A DNA stretch of 64,000 nucleotides, taken from the NCBI GenBank assembly GCA_050175015.1, contig JBFXJJ010000001.1, positions 96,001 through 160,000 on the forward strand. The letters run 5' to 3'. The notes below the pieces were generated by a model. That model saw only the letters and a program-made list of their open reading frames with translations, did no database searches and was not told the DNA's origin. The stretch is from Alphaproteobacteria bacterium. GTDB taxonomy: Bacteria; Pseudomonadota; Alphaproteobacteria; JBFXJJ01. Both the position numbers and the translations under genes were made by a program. Positions 29,976-38,988 of this stretch are shown one piece after another. How positions within the stretch are numbered: position 1 is the stretch's first letter; every line of letters starts with the position of its first letter.

Positions 29976-31091
29976 ATGAGTAACAAACCTTTTCGAGTTT
30001 TAAGTTTGGATGGTGGTGGAATGAGGGGAATATATTCTGCCATTTACCTAAAAAAGCTTGCAGATTCTTGCGCAAAAAACAAGGGATTTAAGACACTTGA
30101 TATCGGCAAAGCATTTGATTTGATTGTCGGCACAAGCACCGGTGGCATCTTGGCATGTGCGCTTGCGTTTGGAGCGCCCCTTTCTAAGGTTATAGAACTG
30201 TATAGGAATGAAGGGCCTCGAATTTTTCAATCTCAACTTCCATCAGGTATTAACGTAGAACTTGGCAGGCAGCTCTTAATGCGCCCAATAGAATTAAGAA
30301 GTGGCGCGCAAGCATTAAAAAGAGCTTTGAGCCACGTTTTCTTAGGAGAAACAATGGAAAGCCTTTATGAGCGCAGGAAAATTGCTTTGGCTATTCCTTC
30401 CGTCAATATGCATACACATAGTGCGTGGGTTTTCAAAACCCCACATCTTTTAGGCAACAACGGAAGAGATAACAAATATACCCTTGTTGATGTTTGTTTG
30501 GCCACTAGTGCCGCACCGATATTCAGAAGTTTAGAAGCCATAGAAGAACCGGGTGGTTATGGAACATATCATGTCTTTACAGATGGTGGCTTGTGGGCAA
30601 ACAACCCTGTTTTAGTTGCTTTACTCGAAGCTTTGCGAATGACGGAACATGGACGTTCAATAGAAATTTTTTCTTTAGGAACATGCCCTAAACCTGTCGG
30701 TGAAAATCTGTCAAAAGAAGAAGTCAACAGAGGACTTCTTGAGTGGAAATTCGGAGGAAAAATTTCCGAGCTTTCAATAGACGCTCAGGAATTTGCATAC
30801 GATCATATGGCAAGAATGTTCGCCGGAGCAATTAATCGTCCCTGCAATATATTACGCTTTCCTACAGCAAATATTCCTCCTGATGATATAAAGTTTTTAA
30901 ACTTGGATGAAACCTCCAAAGAAGGATTAGAGGCGTTAACGCGTTTGGCTCTTCGTGATGCAGATATTGCAAATTCAAAAATTCAGGATCCAAAGAGTGA
31001 AGAAGGCGCAATGATCAAACGGTTGTTTGATGACATGCCAAAGTCAGAAAAGCCAAAGCCTTACGGCCTTGCGGTGGAATGTAATAGCTAA
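29976..31091 (+). CDS. capV: CBASS patatin-like phospholipase effector (CapV-like)
   Basis: DGGGMRG, GTSTG (GxSxG), SAAP, DGG; adjacent to the CD-NTase. Confidence 0.9.
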   Translation: MSNKPFRVLSLDGGGMRGIYSAIYLKKLADSCAKNKGFKTLDIGKAFDLIVGTSTGGILACALAFGAPLSKVIELYRNEGPRIFQSQLPSGINVELGRQLLMRPIELRSGAQALKRALSHVFLGETMESLYERRKIALAIPSVNMHTHSAWVFKTPHLLGNNGRDNKYTLVDVCLATSAAPIFRSLEAIEEPGGYGTYHVFTDGGLWANNPVLVALLEALRMTEHGRSIEIFSLGTCPKPVGENLSKEEVNRGLLEWKFGGKISELSIDAQEFAYDHMARMFAGAINRPCNILRFPTANIPPDDIKFLNLDETSKEGLEALTRLALRDADIANSKIQDPKSEEGAMIKRLFDDMPKSEKPKPYGLAVECNS

Positions 31092-31164
31092 AAATAATCC
31101 TATTTTCATAGGTCTTCTTGGGGGCCTATTAACAGCCTGTTTACTAGATGAAAAGGAATGCAAG

Positions 31165-32220
31165 ATGCTTGATTGTTCAAAAGAAATAAGAAAATTTCAT
31201 GACGAAGAGGTTACTCTTCAGTCTGCCCAACAGAATGAAATGAGAGAAAGACGAAATTCTAATCGTGATCGGCTAAAGAGTGGACTTAAAAACAATGGGA
31301 AACCAAGTCCTATATATTTACGCTCACAAGGCTCTTACGCCATGCGTACAATGGTTCAAGATGCAGAAAACGATTACGATATTGATGATGGTATGTATTT
31401 CAAACAGGAAGACCTAAAAACAAGTCAAGGCAATGACATGTCCGCATTATCCGTAAGGAACATGATTTGTGATATCATTCAGGATGAACGATTTAATAAC
31501 AAACCTGAAGTGAAGAACAATTGTGTAAGAGTTTACTATAATGACGGCTCTCATATTGATGTTCCTGCGTACCGTATAATAATAGAAAAGGATTTTTTGG
31601 GCAATGAAACAGAGAACTTTGAACTAGCCAGTTCCGATTGGAAAGCAAGCGATCCAAGAAAGGTGACAGACTGGCTAAGAGATACCGCAAAAGATAAAAG
31701 CCCAGATGATGATCCAGATCAATTCCGCAGAATCGTCCGCTTGTTAAAAGCTTTTTCAAAAAGTCGCTCAGGTTGGAAAACAGACAAAGGTGCAAGTGGC
31801 TTTACTATTACTAAGCTTACACAAGAAGTTTTTGTGGCTGCTTCAGGACGTGATGATGAATCTCTACATAAAACAATGAAAGCTATTAAACAACGCTTAG
31901 ACTTAAATTTAAGCGTTTACCATCCTGTTATCCATGGAGAAAAGCTCGCAAAAAATGATGATGTTAGAACACGTCGTTTTAAAGAACGGTTAGAACAAAA
32001 TCTGGAACATTTGAATGTTATGGATAATCCCGAATGCACGCCAGAACAAGCACTAAAGGCCTGGGGAAAAGTATTTAACAATACGGATTTCTTTGATGCC
32101 CGAATCCAAGAACGGAAAAGTGCCAACAACGCAATAGGTAGCATGGCAATTATTAAAGAAGCTGAACGGTTGAACCTTAACTCGCCTGTTAATAAACAGG
32201 GGAACAATGAATATGCCTGA
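31165..32220 (+). CDS. CBASS cGAS/DncV-like nucleotidyltransferase (CD-NTase)
   Basis: SQGSYAMRT...DYDIDDG; K..CVRVYY...HIDVPAY; SDPR; start at ATG 31165 after AAGGA. Confidence 0.92.
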   Translation: MLDCSKEIRKFHDEEVTLQSAQQNEMRERRNSNRDRLKSGLKNNGKPSPIYLRSQGSYAMRTMVQDAENDYDIDDGMYFKQEDLKTSQGNDMSALSVRNMICDIIQDERFNNKPEVKNNCVRVYYNDGSHIDVPAYRIIIEKDFLGNETENFELASSDWKASDPRKVTDWLRDTAKDKSPDDDPDQFRRIVRLLKAFSKSRSGWKTDKGASGFTITKLTQEVFVAASGRDDESLHKTMKAIKQRLDLNLSVYHPVIHGEKLAKNDDVRTRRFKERLEQNLEHLNVMDNPECTPEQALKAWGKVFNNTDFFDARIQERKSANNAIGSMAIIKEAERLNLNSPVNKQGNNEYA

Positions 32221-34051
32221 AGATGACTTGTTTTGGATCGAATTGCACAGGAAAGCAGCCAATGAAATAGAAGAATACTTTATGGCGGCGGGCTGGCATT
32301 TTATCCCTCTGAAAGATGAAGAGATAAATAAAAGCTATTCTGGGCGAAAAATTTCCTTCGGTTGGAGTTTGTTGTTTTCTTTTCCTTGTGGAACGAAAAA
32401 ACGCCTGCATTTGCTTATTGATAAAAACTTTCCTTATTCCCTTCCCCGGGTAGCATTAGAAGACAAAAGCTTTTATATGAAATGGCCTCATGTTGAAGAA
32501 GATGGCATTCTTTGTCTTGGATCAAAAAATAGCAACGCTATAGATAATAGCAATATTGCATGCATGGTTTTCGGTGCGTTTAGATCAGCTTATGAACTAA
32601 TAGAAGCTTGTCTTGACGAAAGCTGTTTTTCTGACTTTGACACAGAATTTAATTCATATTGGTGCAGAGAAGAGCACGACTCAGAGGCCTTTTTATCCCT
32701 ATTGGATGATTCCAGAAAAACGCGAAAAGTTATGTTCGCCAACGTAAAAGATAGAGTTCTTGTTTGCGACGATAAAAAACATGGACAACGCTGGATAAAC
32801 AACTTTTTTACCTTCAAACCAGAAGAGAAAGTTACCTTTAAAAAAGGAGTTTTTCTATGGCTATCTAAACCGTTAAGACCACCATATCCCAAGTCCGGAA
32901 AAGAGGTGCTTTCTTTAATAAAAGAGTGTGCGGAACAAAGCGATGCTAAAATTATAGGAGAAACTTTAAAAGATATTCCCAATACGTTTCCAATTTTTTT
33001 TGGCTTTGAAACAAAAAACGGCCCTGCATTAGGCTGTTTTTATACCGAGAGACCAAAAACAGAAAAGCTTCCTAATGGGAAAGAGATTAATCCAATAACA
33101 AACGGATTTCGTCCTGGCAAAATTCCTTTTAAAGTCATAACCACACGATATTTATCAAAGGCTGATATAAAACCAAGAAAAGTAGATAGAGTTGATCATG
33201 CTTGGTTGCATGGCAGGGCTGTAGATGAGACTTCTAATTCTATTAGAAACAAATCTGTTGCTATAATAGGGCTAGGGGCTGTTGGAAGTTTTGTCGCGGC
33301 AATACTTGTCAAAGCTGGTGTAGGAAACATAGTTCTAATTGACGACGACAAACTGTCATGGGTGAACATAGGCCGTCATGTCTTGGGTGCGCAACATGTT
33401 GGCAAATACAAGAGCCGTGCCCTATCCGAAGATTTAAGAAGAAACCATCCAAATCTCAATGTGATTTATGATGATCCATCAATTATTCAGAGTGTGTTGC
33501 TCGAAAGAATAGATGTCTTGCAAAAGTGCGATATAATAATAGACCTTACAGCCGATTGGATAGCAAAAAGTATATTGAATGAGTTTTGGCATAGAGGGAT
33601 GCTAAGCGCCCCCCTTGTTTTTGGCTGGACAGAACGCTTTGGGGTAGCAGGCCATGCTATTGCACTAATAAACAAAAATCATGGCTGTTATCAATGTGGA
33701 TGCAATTTTGATGGCGGTTTATTAAATCCCTTAACAAACTGGCCAGAGGATATGCCTGTTTTTCAAGAACCTGCCTGCGGAACTGTTTTTCAGCCTTATG
33801 GGCCTACGGAACAGGGGTTTTCTAATTCACTGATCAGCAATCTTATTATTGATGTTCTAATGAAAAACATAGAGCAGTCCGTTCATAGAGTTTGGGTTGG
33901 CCCAAAGAAAAAAATTAACCATTATCGTGGGTGTATTTCTGATGATTGGAAGGAAATAACCAAACATATAGAAGAGCATGGTGGTATTGTTTGCAGGAAT
34001 TGGGAAAGACGAAAAGATTGTCCAGTCTGCGGAAAAGGGTACACGCGATGA
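32207..34051 (+). CDS. cap2: CBASS Cap2 (E2-E1 fusion)
   Basis: E2 'WPHVEEDGILCL'; ThiF 'IIGLGAVGS', 'NIGRH'; EPACG; CYQC and CPVC. Confidence 0.9.
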   Translation: MNMPEDDLFWIELHRKAANEIEEYFMAAGWHFIPLKDEEINKSYSGRKISFGWSLLFSFPCGTKKRLHLLIDKNFPYSLPRVALEDKSFYMKWPHVEEDGILCLGSKNSNAIDNSNIACMVFGAFRSAYELIEACLDESCFSDFDTEFNSYWCREEHDSEAFLSLLDDSRKTRKVMFANVKDRVLVCDDKKHGQRWINNFFTFKPEEKVTFKKGVFLWLSKPLRPPYPKSGKEVLSLIKECAEQSDAKIIGETLKDIPNTFPIFFGFETKNGPALGCFYTERPKTEKLPNGKEINPITNGFRPGKIPFKVITTRYLSKADIKPRKVDRVDHAWLHGRAVDETSNSIRNKSVAIIGLGAVGSFVAAILVKAGVGNIVLIDDDKLSWVNIGRHVLGAQHVGKYKSRALSEDLRRNHPNLNVIYDDPSIIQSVLLERIDVLQKCDIIIDLTADWIAKSILNEFWHRGMLSAPLVFGWTERFGVAGHAIALINKNHGCYQCGCNFDGGLLNPLTNWPEDMPVFQEPACGTVFQPYGPTEQGFSNSLISNLIIDVLMKNIEQSVHRVWVGPKKKINHYRGCISDDWKEITKHIEEHGGIVCRNWERRKDCPVCGKGYTR

Positions 34052-34515
34052 TGATTTTTTGTTCTGATCAGTTGAGGCAAAAGGTTGTCTTTACAAACCG
34101 TGTAGTCAAACTGTTCAAAAAACACCAACAAACAAATGCAAAAAGCAAGGAAGCAGGGGGACAGCTTTTTGCAAGCTTTGAAAAAGATTCTGTAATCATA
34201 ATGGATGCTTCAGAGCCAAATAGACAAGATATAAGGGGTAAATATTTTTTCCATCCAAACAGAGATAGGGAAAGACAAGACATCAACATTTTTTTTAAGA
34301 AAGGCCTTCATTATGTAGGTGATTGGCACACTCATTTTGAACCAGCTCCTAATCCATCGGATAAAGACAAAGAAACTATTCGGGATTGCTTTATAAAATC
34401 AGACCATAAATTAGATAATTTTATTTTGGTTGTAGTTGGAACAGCCTGTTTCCCTGAAGGATTATCTGTCTCTATTCATAACGACAAAACATATTTGTTT
34501 TTACACAATGTTTAA
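34048..34515 (+). CDS. cap3: CBASS Cap3 JAB/MPN isopeptidase
   Basis: EAGG...DWHTHFEPAPNPSDKD (HxH..S..D); ATGA overlap with the cap2 stop. Confidence 0.9.
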   Translation: MMIFCSDQLRQKVVFTNRVVKLFKKHQQTNAKSKEAGGQLFASFEKDSVIIMDASEPNRQDIRGKYFFHPNRDRERQDINIFFKKGLHYVGDWHTHFEPAPNPSDKDKETIRDCFIKSDHKLDNFILVVVGTACFPEGLSVSIHNDKTYLFLHNV

Positions 34516-34943
34516 TTCAAATAATAGCTTCATCTTACATTCATCTAAAATTGCAGTTATTTCTCTTATCGCTATAACAATGCTTCCCAATTTTACCCAA
34601 AGAACTTGAACTTTTGGCACTTTTATAAATGGTTTTTTCTGCAGCAGTGGCGATATAATTATAATATCATAACAAGTAACTTGTTTAGAGCAAAACCTCT
34701 TTCCTGTTTTTGTCGTTAATAATATTTTTATGGCATAAAAATCAACTTGAAGCACACAAGCATACTTTTCAAAGTTTTCAACTTATTTAAATTTGTCCAA
34801 TATGTACAAGTAAACTAGCGTAATAGCTATTGATTTAGCGTCACTTTTCTGGACAGTTTATTTTAATAAAATTATGATACATCAATTTAAAATAACAAAT
34901 ATGTCCCCCGTAATTATCAAGAAAACATAAGTATATTATTAAT

Positions 34944-35048
34944 TTGTGCTTAGCAAATACGCCCTGCTGAACAATTGTTCTAAGCAGGCTCTAAGGCTAG
35001 CACATTTGTTTAACCGCCCGATAGGTTCGTTCCTATCGGGCTTTTTTT
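34944..35048 (+). ncRNA. Putative small RNA or attenuator leader
   Basis: Nested stems TGTGCT/AGCACA and CCTGCT/AGCAGG, then perfect terminator GCCCGATAGG-TTCGTT-CCTATCGGGC-T7, just upstream of ORF 35062. Confidence 0.45.
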
Positions 35049-35061
35049 ATGGGTTGTTATT

Positions 35062-35343
35062 ATGACAGCAGACATTCCTAACTTAAGCTCTGTTTTATCG
35101 CTTTATAAAGCAGAGGAGAAAGATGTTGTTCGCATCTCTTTTACAGAAGTGTTGAACGGAAAGCCTGACCCTTCAGGCATTGTTCAGTATATGCAAGATT
35201 TAGACATCAACATCAAGATATTAATCGACCTTCTTAAAATCAACGAAGATGAAGACGAAGAAGAGCTTTACGCTCATCTTTGCCAAGAAGGCATTGCCAT
35301 TAGCCACAAATCAGACGGCTTGTGGTTTTTATTCACCAATTAA
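35062..35343 (+). CDS. Hypothetical protein (93 aa)
   Basis: First ORF of a co-oriented cluster upstream of the integrase. Confidence 0.6.
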   Translation: MTADIPNLSSVLSLYKAEEKDVVRISFTEVLNGKPDPSGIVQYMQDLDINIKILIDLLKINEDEDEEELYAHLCQEGIAISHKSDGLWFLFTN

Positions 35344-35357
35344 CAAAGGGCAAAACC

Positions 35358-35711
35358 ATGAAAGAAGAAATATTACAACGATTAAAACTTTTGCCAAAAC
35401 TTTGGGCAACCGAGGCAATAGAAACATCTGACTTAAGCTTGCCTCTTTGCCTAAGGTGTAATTGGCATAACTTACTATGGTATCCAGTCGAATTTGACGA
35501 ACAAAGAAATATCATCTATGGACTAACCGTTAAATCCATTCCCGAATGGCGTCATTTCCACGTTGAAGAGTTATTTAAACAATACCAAAGACAACCAGTC
35601 ATCATAAACAGTAATCATATTTGCGTTTCTGCTCCAGAGGTTCCAGAAATTGCAAGATTTATGCTTGATGATATTACCCCATTTATCCCAATGAACGTCA
35701 AAGATATATAG
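35358..35711 (+). CDS. Divergent DUF2958-like protein
   Basis: LWYPVEFD...IYGLT..IPEWRHFHVEEL aligns by eye with the next ORF's TWFACEYN...FFGWV..EQEAGYFSLDEL. Confidence 0.55.
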   Translation: MKEEILQRLKLLPKLWATEAIETSDLSLPLCLRCNWHNLLWYPVEFDEQRNIIYGLTVKSIPEWRHFHVEELFKQYQRQPVIINSNHICVSAPEVPEIARFMLDDITPFIPMNVKDI

Positions 35712-35723
35712 AAAGGAGATATT

Positions 35724-36038
35724 ATGAAGCTTTTAACTAAAGAGATTGAAAAACGCTTACCGCTTAGGCAAGAAAATCCAAGCGAGAAAATAGGAGAATT
35801 AGTTGCCCATGTTAAATTCTTTACACCGTGGGCTGGCTGGACGTGGTTTGCTTGCGAATACAATAGAGATGAGAGGACATTTTTCGGCTGGGTGATAGGT
35901 CTTGAGCAAGAAGCAGGCTATTTTAGTTTAGATGAATTAGAAGAACTTCAGGGACCATTTGGCTTAAAAGTAGAGCGAGATTTGTATTTTGAGCCAACCA
36001 AACTTAAAGATATTCCTGAAGTAAAGCTTATTTATTAG
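35724..36038 (+). CDS. DUF2958 family protein
   Basis: VKFFTPWAGWTW..E....FFG.V.G.E.E.GYFSLDEL....GP.GL.VERDLYF. Confidence 0.85.
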   Translation: MKLLTKEIEKRLPLRQENPSEKIGELVAHVKFFTPWAGWTWFACEYNRDERTFFGWVIGLEQEAGYFSLDELEELQGPFGLKVERDLYFEPTKLKDIPEVKLIY

Positions 36039-36175
36039 CTTGTTTAGTCATAACTCGTCATTTTTCAGCACAATTTACTTAACAATATATTGAGGGCTTT
36101 TGAAAGCAATTTTCAGTAAATGACTTCTTACGCCCTCTAATTATTGTTAACAATTATTTTTATGGAGAGTAAAAA

Positions 36176-37345
36176 ATGGCAAAAATTAAGCTTAATGCCA
36201 ACGTAGTTGCAAAAATTAAACCAACAGGAGAAAGAAATGATAAGGAACGTTATTATTGTTCTGAAAACATAGGCCTTATGCTTGAAGTAAGAGCAACAGG
36301 AGTAAAAACATTTTATGTCAATTATCAATTACCTGATGGAACAAAACGTCAATTCAAGATAGGTAGATATCCTGAAATTTCTTTTGAGAATGCCAAGAAA
36401 AAAACTTTGGAAATTAGGGGCTTAGCTATGACAGGAGTTGACCCCACAAATTCAAGACAAAAGTCAAGGGGCACTCCATTGTTTTGTGAATTTGCGGATA
36501 CATATCTTAAACATGTTAAGGATCAAAAATCATCTTGGAAAGACGATGAATGTATTATTAGAATTTGGCTTAATCCTAATTTTGGCAGAAAGAAACTAGA
36601 CCAGATTGATACTGTTGATATTAGCCGTCTTCACAATACTATGAAACAAAGTCGTTCATCTGCTACCGCAAATAGAACGTTATCTATAATCAAGCATATG
36701 TTTAATGTTGCCATTAGCTGGGGAGAGATTAACAAAAATCCAGCAAAGGGCATTAAAAAATTTAGAGAAAACCAAAAAGAAAGATATTTGTCTGTTGAAG
36801 AAATCAAAAGACTCATGGCTGTTCTTAATGAGGAAAAAAATCACTCCATTGCATCTCTTGTTATGTTGCTATTATTTACAGGTGCCAGAAAGTCTGAAGC
36901 CCTGAAAATGAAATGGTCTGATGTTGATTTTAAAAATGCAATCTGGACAGTTCCCCAAGAGAACTCAAAATCAAGAAAAGTGAGACATATTCCTTTATCC
37001 AATATTGCGATTAGGATTTTGCAAAACATTGAGCGGGTAGAGGATTCTCCTTATGTTTTTGTTGGTAGATATGACATTTACAAACCAATGAACAGTCCTA
37101 AAAAAACTTGGTATAAGATTAGAGAACTAGCAGGATTACCAGATGTTAGGCTTCATGATTTAAGACATAGTTATGCTTCTTTGCTGGTCTCTAATGGACG
37201 TTCCTTATATGAGGTTCAAAAGATATTAGGACACAGCTCTCCTAACATGACTCAAAGATACAGTCATTTTAGCAAGGATACTCTAATAACAGCGGTTAAT
37301 TCTGTTGGCAATTCGTTAAACGACATTTTAGTTATAGAAGCCTGA
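36176..37345 (+). CDS. Tyrosine recombinase/integrase with N-terminal arm-binding domain (P4-like)
   Basis: N-domain 'GL.L.V..TG.KTF...Y......IGRYPEIS'; catalytic TGAR, K, HDLRH, LGH, TQRY all intact. Confidence 0.95.
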   Translation: MAKIKLNANVVAKIKPTGERNDKERYYCSENIGLMLEVRATGVKTFYVNYQLPDGTKRQFKIGRYPEISFENAKKKTLEIRGLAMTGVDPTNSRQKSRGTPLFCEFADTYLKHVKDQKSSWKDDECIIRIWLNPNFGRKKLDQIDTVDISRLHNTMKQSRSSATANRTLSIIKHMFNVAISWGEINKNPAKGIKKFRENQKERYLSVEEIKRLMAVLNEEKNHSIASLVMLLLFTGARKSEALKMKWSDVDFKNAIWTVPQENSKSRKVRHIPLSNIAIRILQNIERVEDSPYVFVGRYDIYKPMNSPKKTWYKIRELAGLPDVRLHDLRHSYASLLVSNGRSLYEVQKILGHSSPNMTQRYSHFSKDTLITAVNSVGNSLNDILVIEA

Positions 37346-37354
37346 GTTTAGTTT

Positions 37355-37401
37355 ATGAGACAAGAATTGGTATTATTTATCAGTTCTTGTTTCTTTTTTT
37401 T
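37355..37401 (+). terminator. Terminator-like hairpin after int
   Basis: ACAAGAATTG...CAGTTCTTGT followed by a T tract. Confidence 0.5.
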
Positions 37402-37461
37402 GTAATTAATCAAAAAGTGTAGTGCATCAATTTGATGTTTTTAACTTTCAGGAGAAATGCA

Positions 37462-37687
37462 ATGGGAATAACGATAAAGAGAGAGACTCAACCAGAAAAA
37501 CTTTTAACACCTAAAGAAGCAGGAGAGTATCTGCAAGTGGCTCCAGCTACTTTAGAAAAATGGCGTATGAAAAAAAATTGGTCCTAAATATGCTAGGTTT
37601 GCCAATAGAACAGTTAGGTATAGCAAAGTTGATTTAGAAAACTTTGTTTTTGAAAATAAAATTATGCCAACCGCCCAAAAAAATTAA
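37462..37687 (+). pseudogene. Excisionase-like HTH protein frameshifted in an A8 run
   Basis: MGITIKRETQPEKLLTPKEAGEYLQVAPATLEKWRMKK, then stop after NWS; removing one A from 37570-37577 gives ...IGPKYARFANRTVRYSKVDLENF; AGGAGA RBS. Confidence 0.8.
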
Positions 37688-37891
37688 GGCTCTTATTTTT
37701 TTTATTTTCGGATTTTTAATGGTTTTAGCAATAATAAACGCTACCCTAAACATATTGCCCTTATCCAAAACGGATAAGGGCTTTGTGTTATTCTTTTTAC
37801 TTTTAGCTAAATCATTAAAAACACATAGAAATCTACAGTTTTCCACATTATGACCTGTCAGAATTATTGTCTTTCTAAACACTAATTTCTG

Positions 37892-37926
37892 TAACGTCCA
37901 ATTTTGTCGCACATAGGTGTCATCTT
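37892..37926 (+). promoter_or_regulatory. Putative DriD-type box plus -10 upstream of dnaQ
   Basis: TAACGTC-N7-GTCGCAC, then ATAGGTGT-CATCTT. Confidence 0.55.
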
Positions 37927-37961
37927 TATAAACAACAATTAGTTTATAAGGAGGTGTTGCT

Positions 37962-38858
37962 ATGCGAGAGATAGTTTTAGATGTTGAAACAACTGGTTTG
38001 TCTGCAAAAAATGGGAATAGAATTGTTGAGATAGCAGGAATAGAGGTTATAAATTATGTTCCAACAGGAAAATATTTTCAGGCTTATGTGAATCCAGAAA
38101 GAGAAAGCGATGCTGACGCTTTTAAAGTTCATAATTTAACTACAGAGTTTTTATCACAGAAGCCTTTGTTTAAAGAAATTGCTTCTGATTTTTTAGAGTT
38201 TATCAAAGACAGTCCGTTAGTTATTCATAATGCCCCTTTTGATATGAGTTTTATTCAAAACGAGCTTAAAATCGCAGGCTTGCCAATTCTTCAAAATAAA
38301 ATAGTTGATACATTAGAAATTGCTAGGAAGGCGTTTCCTGGAATTTCTAATTCATTAGATAGCCTATGCAAAAGGTTTAACATTGATATTTCCGAAAGAG
38401 AAATTCATGCCGCTCTTTTAGATGTTGAGTTGTTGGCAAAAGTCTATTTAGAGCTGATGGGCGGCTCTCAAACCAAAATGACTTTTGCTGTTAATGAGGA
38501 ATGTAATGTAAAGTCAGAAAAGAAATTTTATCCCCCAAGACCTCATTTTCCAAGTGAAGATGAGTTAGATGCTCATAAAAAAATGTTTAGCGATAATTAT
38601 ATGTGGTGCTGGAAAAATGACTTAGAAAAAATGCCCTTAAAAGATTTTATGTTAAAACATAATCTTGAAAGATTCTTTCCAGCCTTTTTTAATGAAGAAT
38701 ATAAACTTTTTACTGATTTAAGTATCAAGGCTCTAGGTGATACAGGAAACGCATCAGAGGCAAGATTATTTTGCTTGCTTGAAGCATTAATTAAAAAACA
38801 TCGAATTGAAAATTTAAAAAACATACTTGATAAAATCAGAAACAAACAACCTATTTAA
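37962..38858 (+). CDS. dnaQ: DNA polymerase III epsilon (DEDDh exonuclease) with C-terminal extension
   Basis: MREIVLDVETTGL (ExoI), HNAPFD (ExoII), HAALLD (ExoIII); ~80 extra C-terminal residues. Confidence 0.88.
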   Translation: MREIVLDVETTGLSAKNGNRIVEIAGIEVINYVPTGKYFQAYVNPERESDADAFKVHNLTTEFLSQKPLFKEIASDFLEFIKDSPLVIHNAPFDMSFIQNELKIAGLPILQNKIVDTLEIARKAFPGISNSLDSLCKRFNIDISEREIHAALLDVELLAKVYLELMGGSQTKMTFAVNEECNVKSEKKFYPPRPHFPSEDELDAHKKMFSDNYMWCWKNDLEKMPLKDFMLKHNLERFFPAFFNEEYKLFTDLSIKALGDTGNASEARLFCLLEALIKKHRIENLKNILDKIRNKQPI

Positions 38859-38877
38859 GATAGAAACACAAACAACA

Positions 38878-38912
38878 AAACGTCCAAATTTATCGTGTAT
38901 ATATGACATTTA
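38878..38912 (+). promoter_or_regulatory. Putative DriD-type box upstream of the UDG-like gene
   Basis: AAACGTC-CAAATTT-ATCGTGT...TGACATTTA; parallels the dnaQ box. Confidence 0.5.
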
Positions 38913-38988
38913 TTTGTTGTAAAAACTTATTTTAACTTGCCTAATAAAAACTAACTTAAAGTTTAAAAACAAATTGGAGGAGAAAATT

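Noticed and set aside
31027-31164. N-terminal extension of the CD-NTase in the ORF track
   Set aside because: Overlaps capV; the RBS and typical N-terminus support ATG 31165
34501-34755. 84-aa minus-strand ORF after cap3
   Set aside because: Weak start, no motif; likely spurious or a remnant
34836-34856. Additional DriD-type boxes (also near 36043 and 42552)
   Set aside because: Half-site spacing (N9) or -10 position does not match the three retained boxes
37634-37912. Two overlapping short ORFs between xis and dnaQ
   Set aside because: They overlap the frameshifted xis tail and/or the dnaQ promoter box and show no family signal
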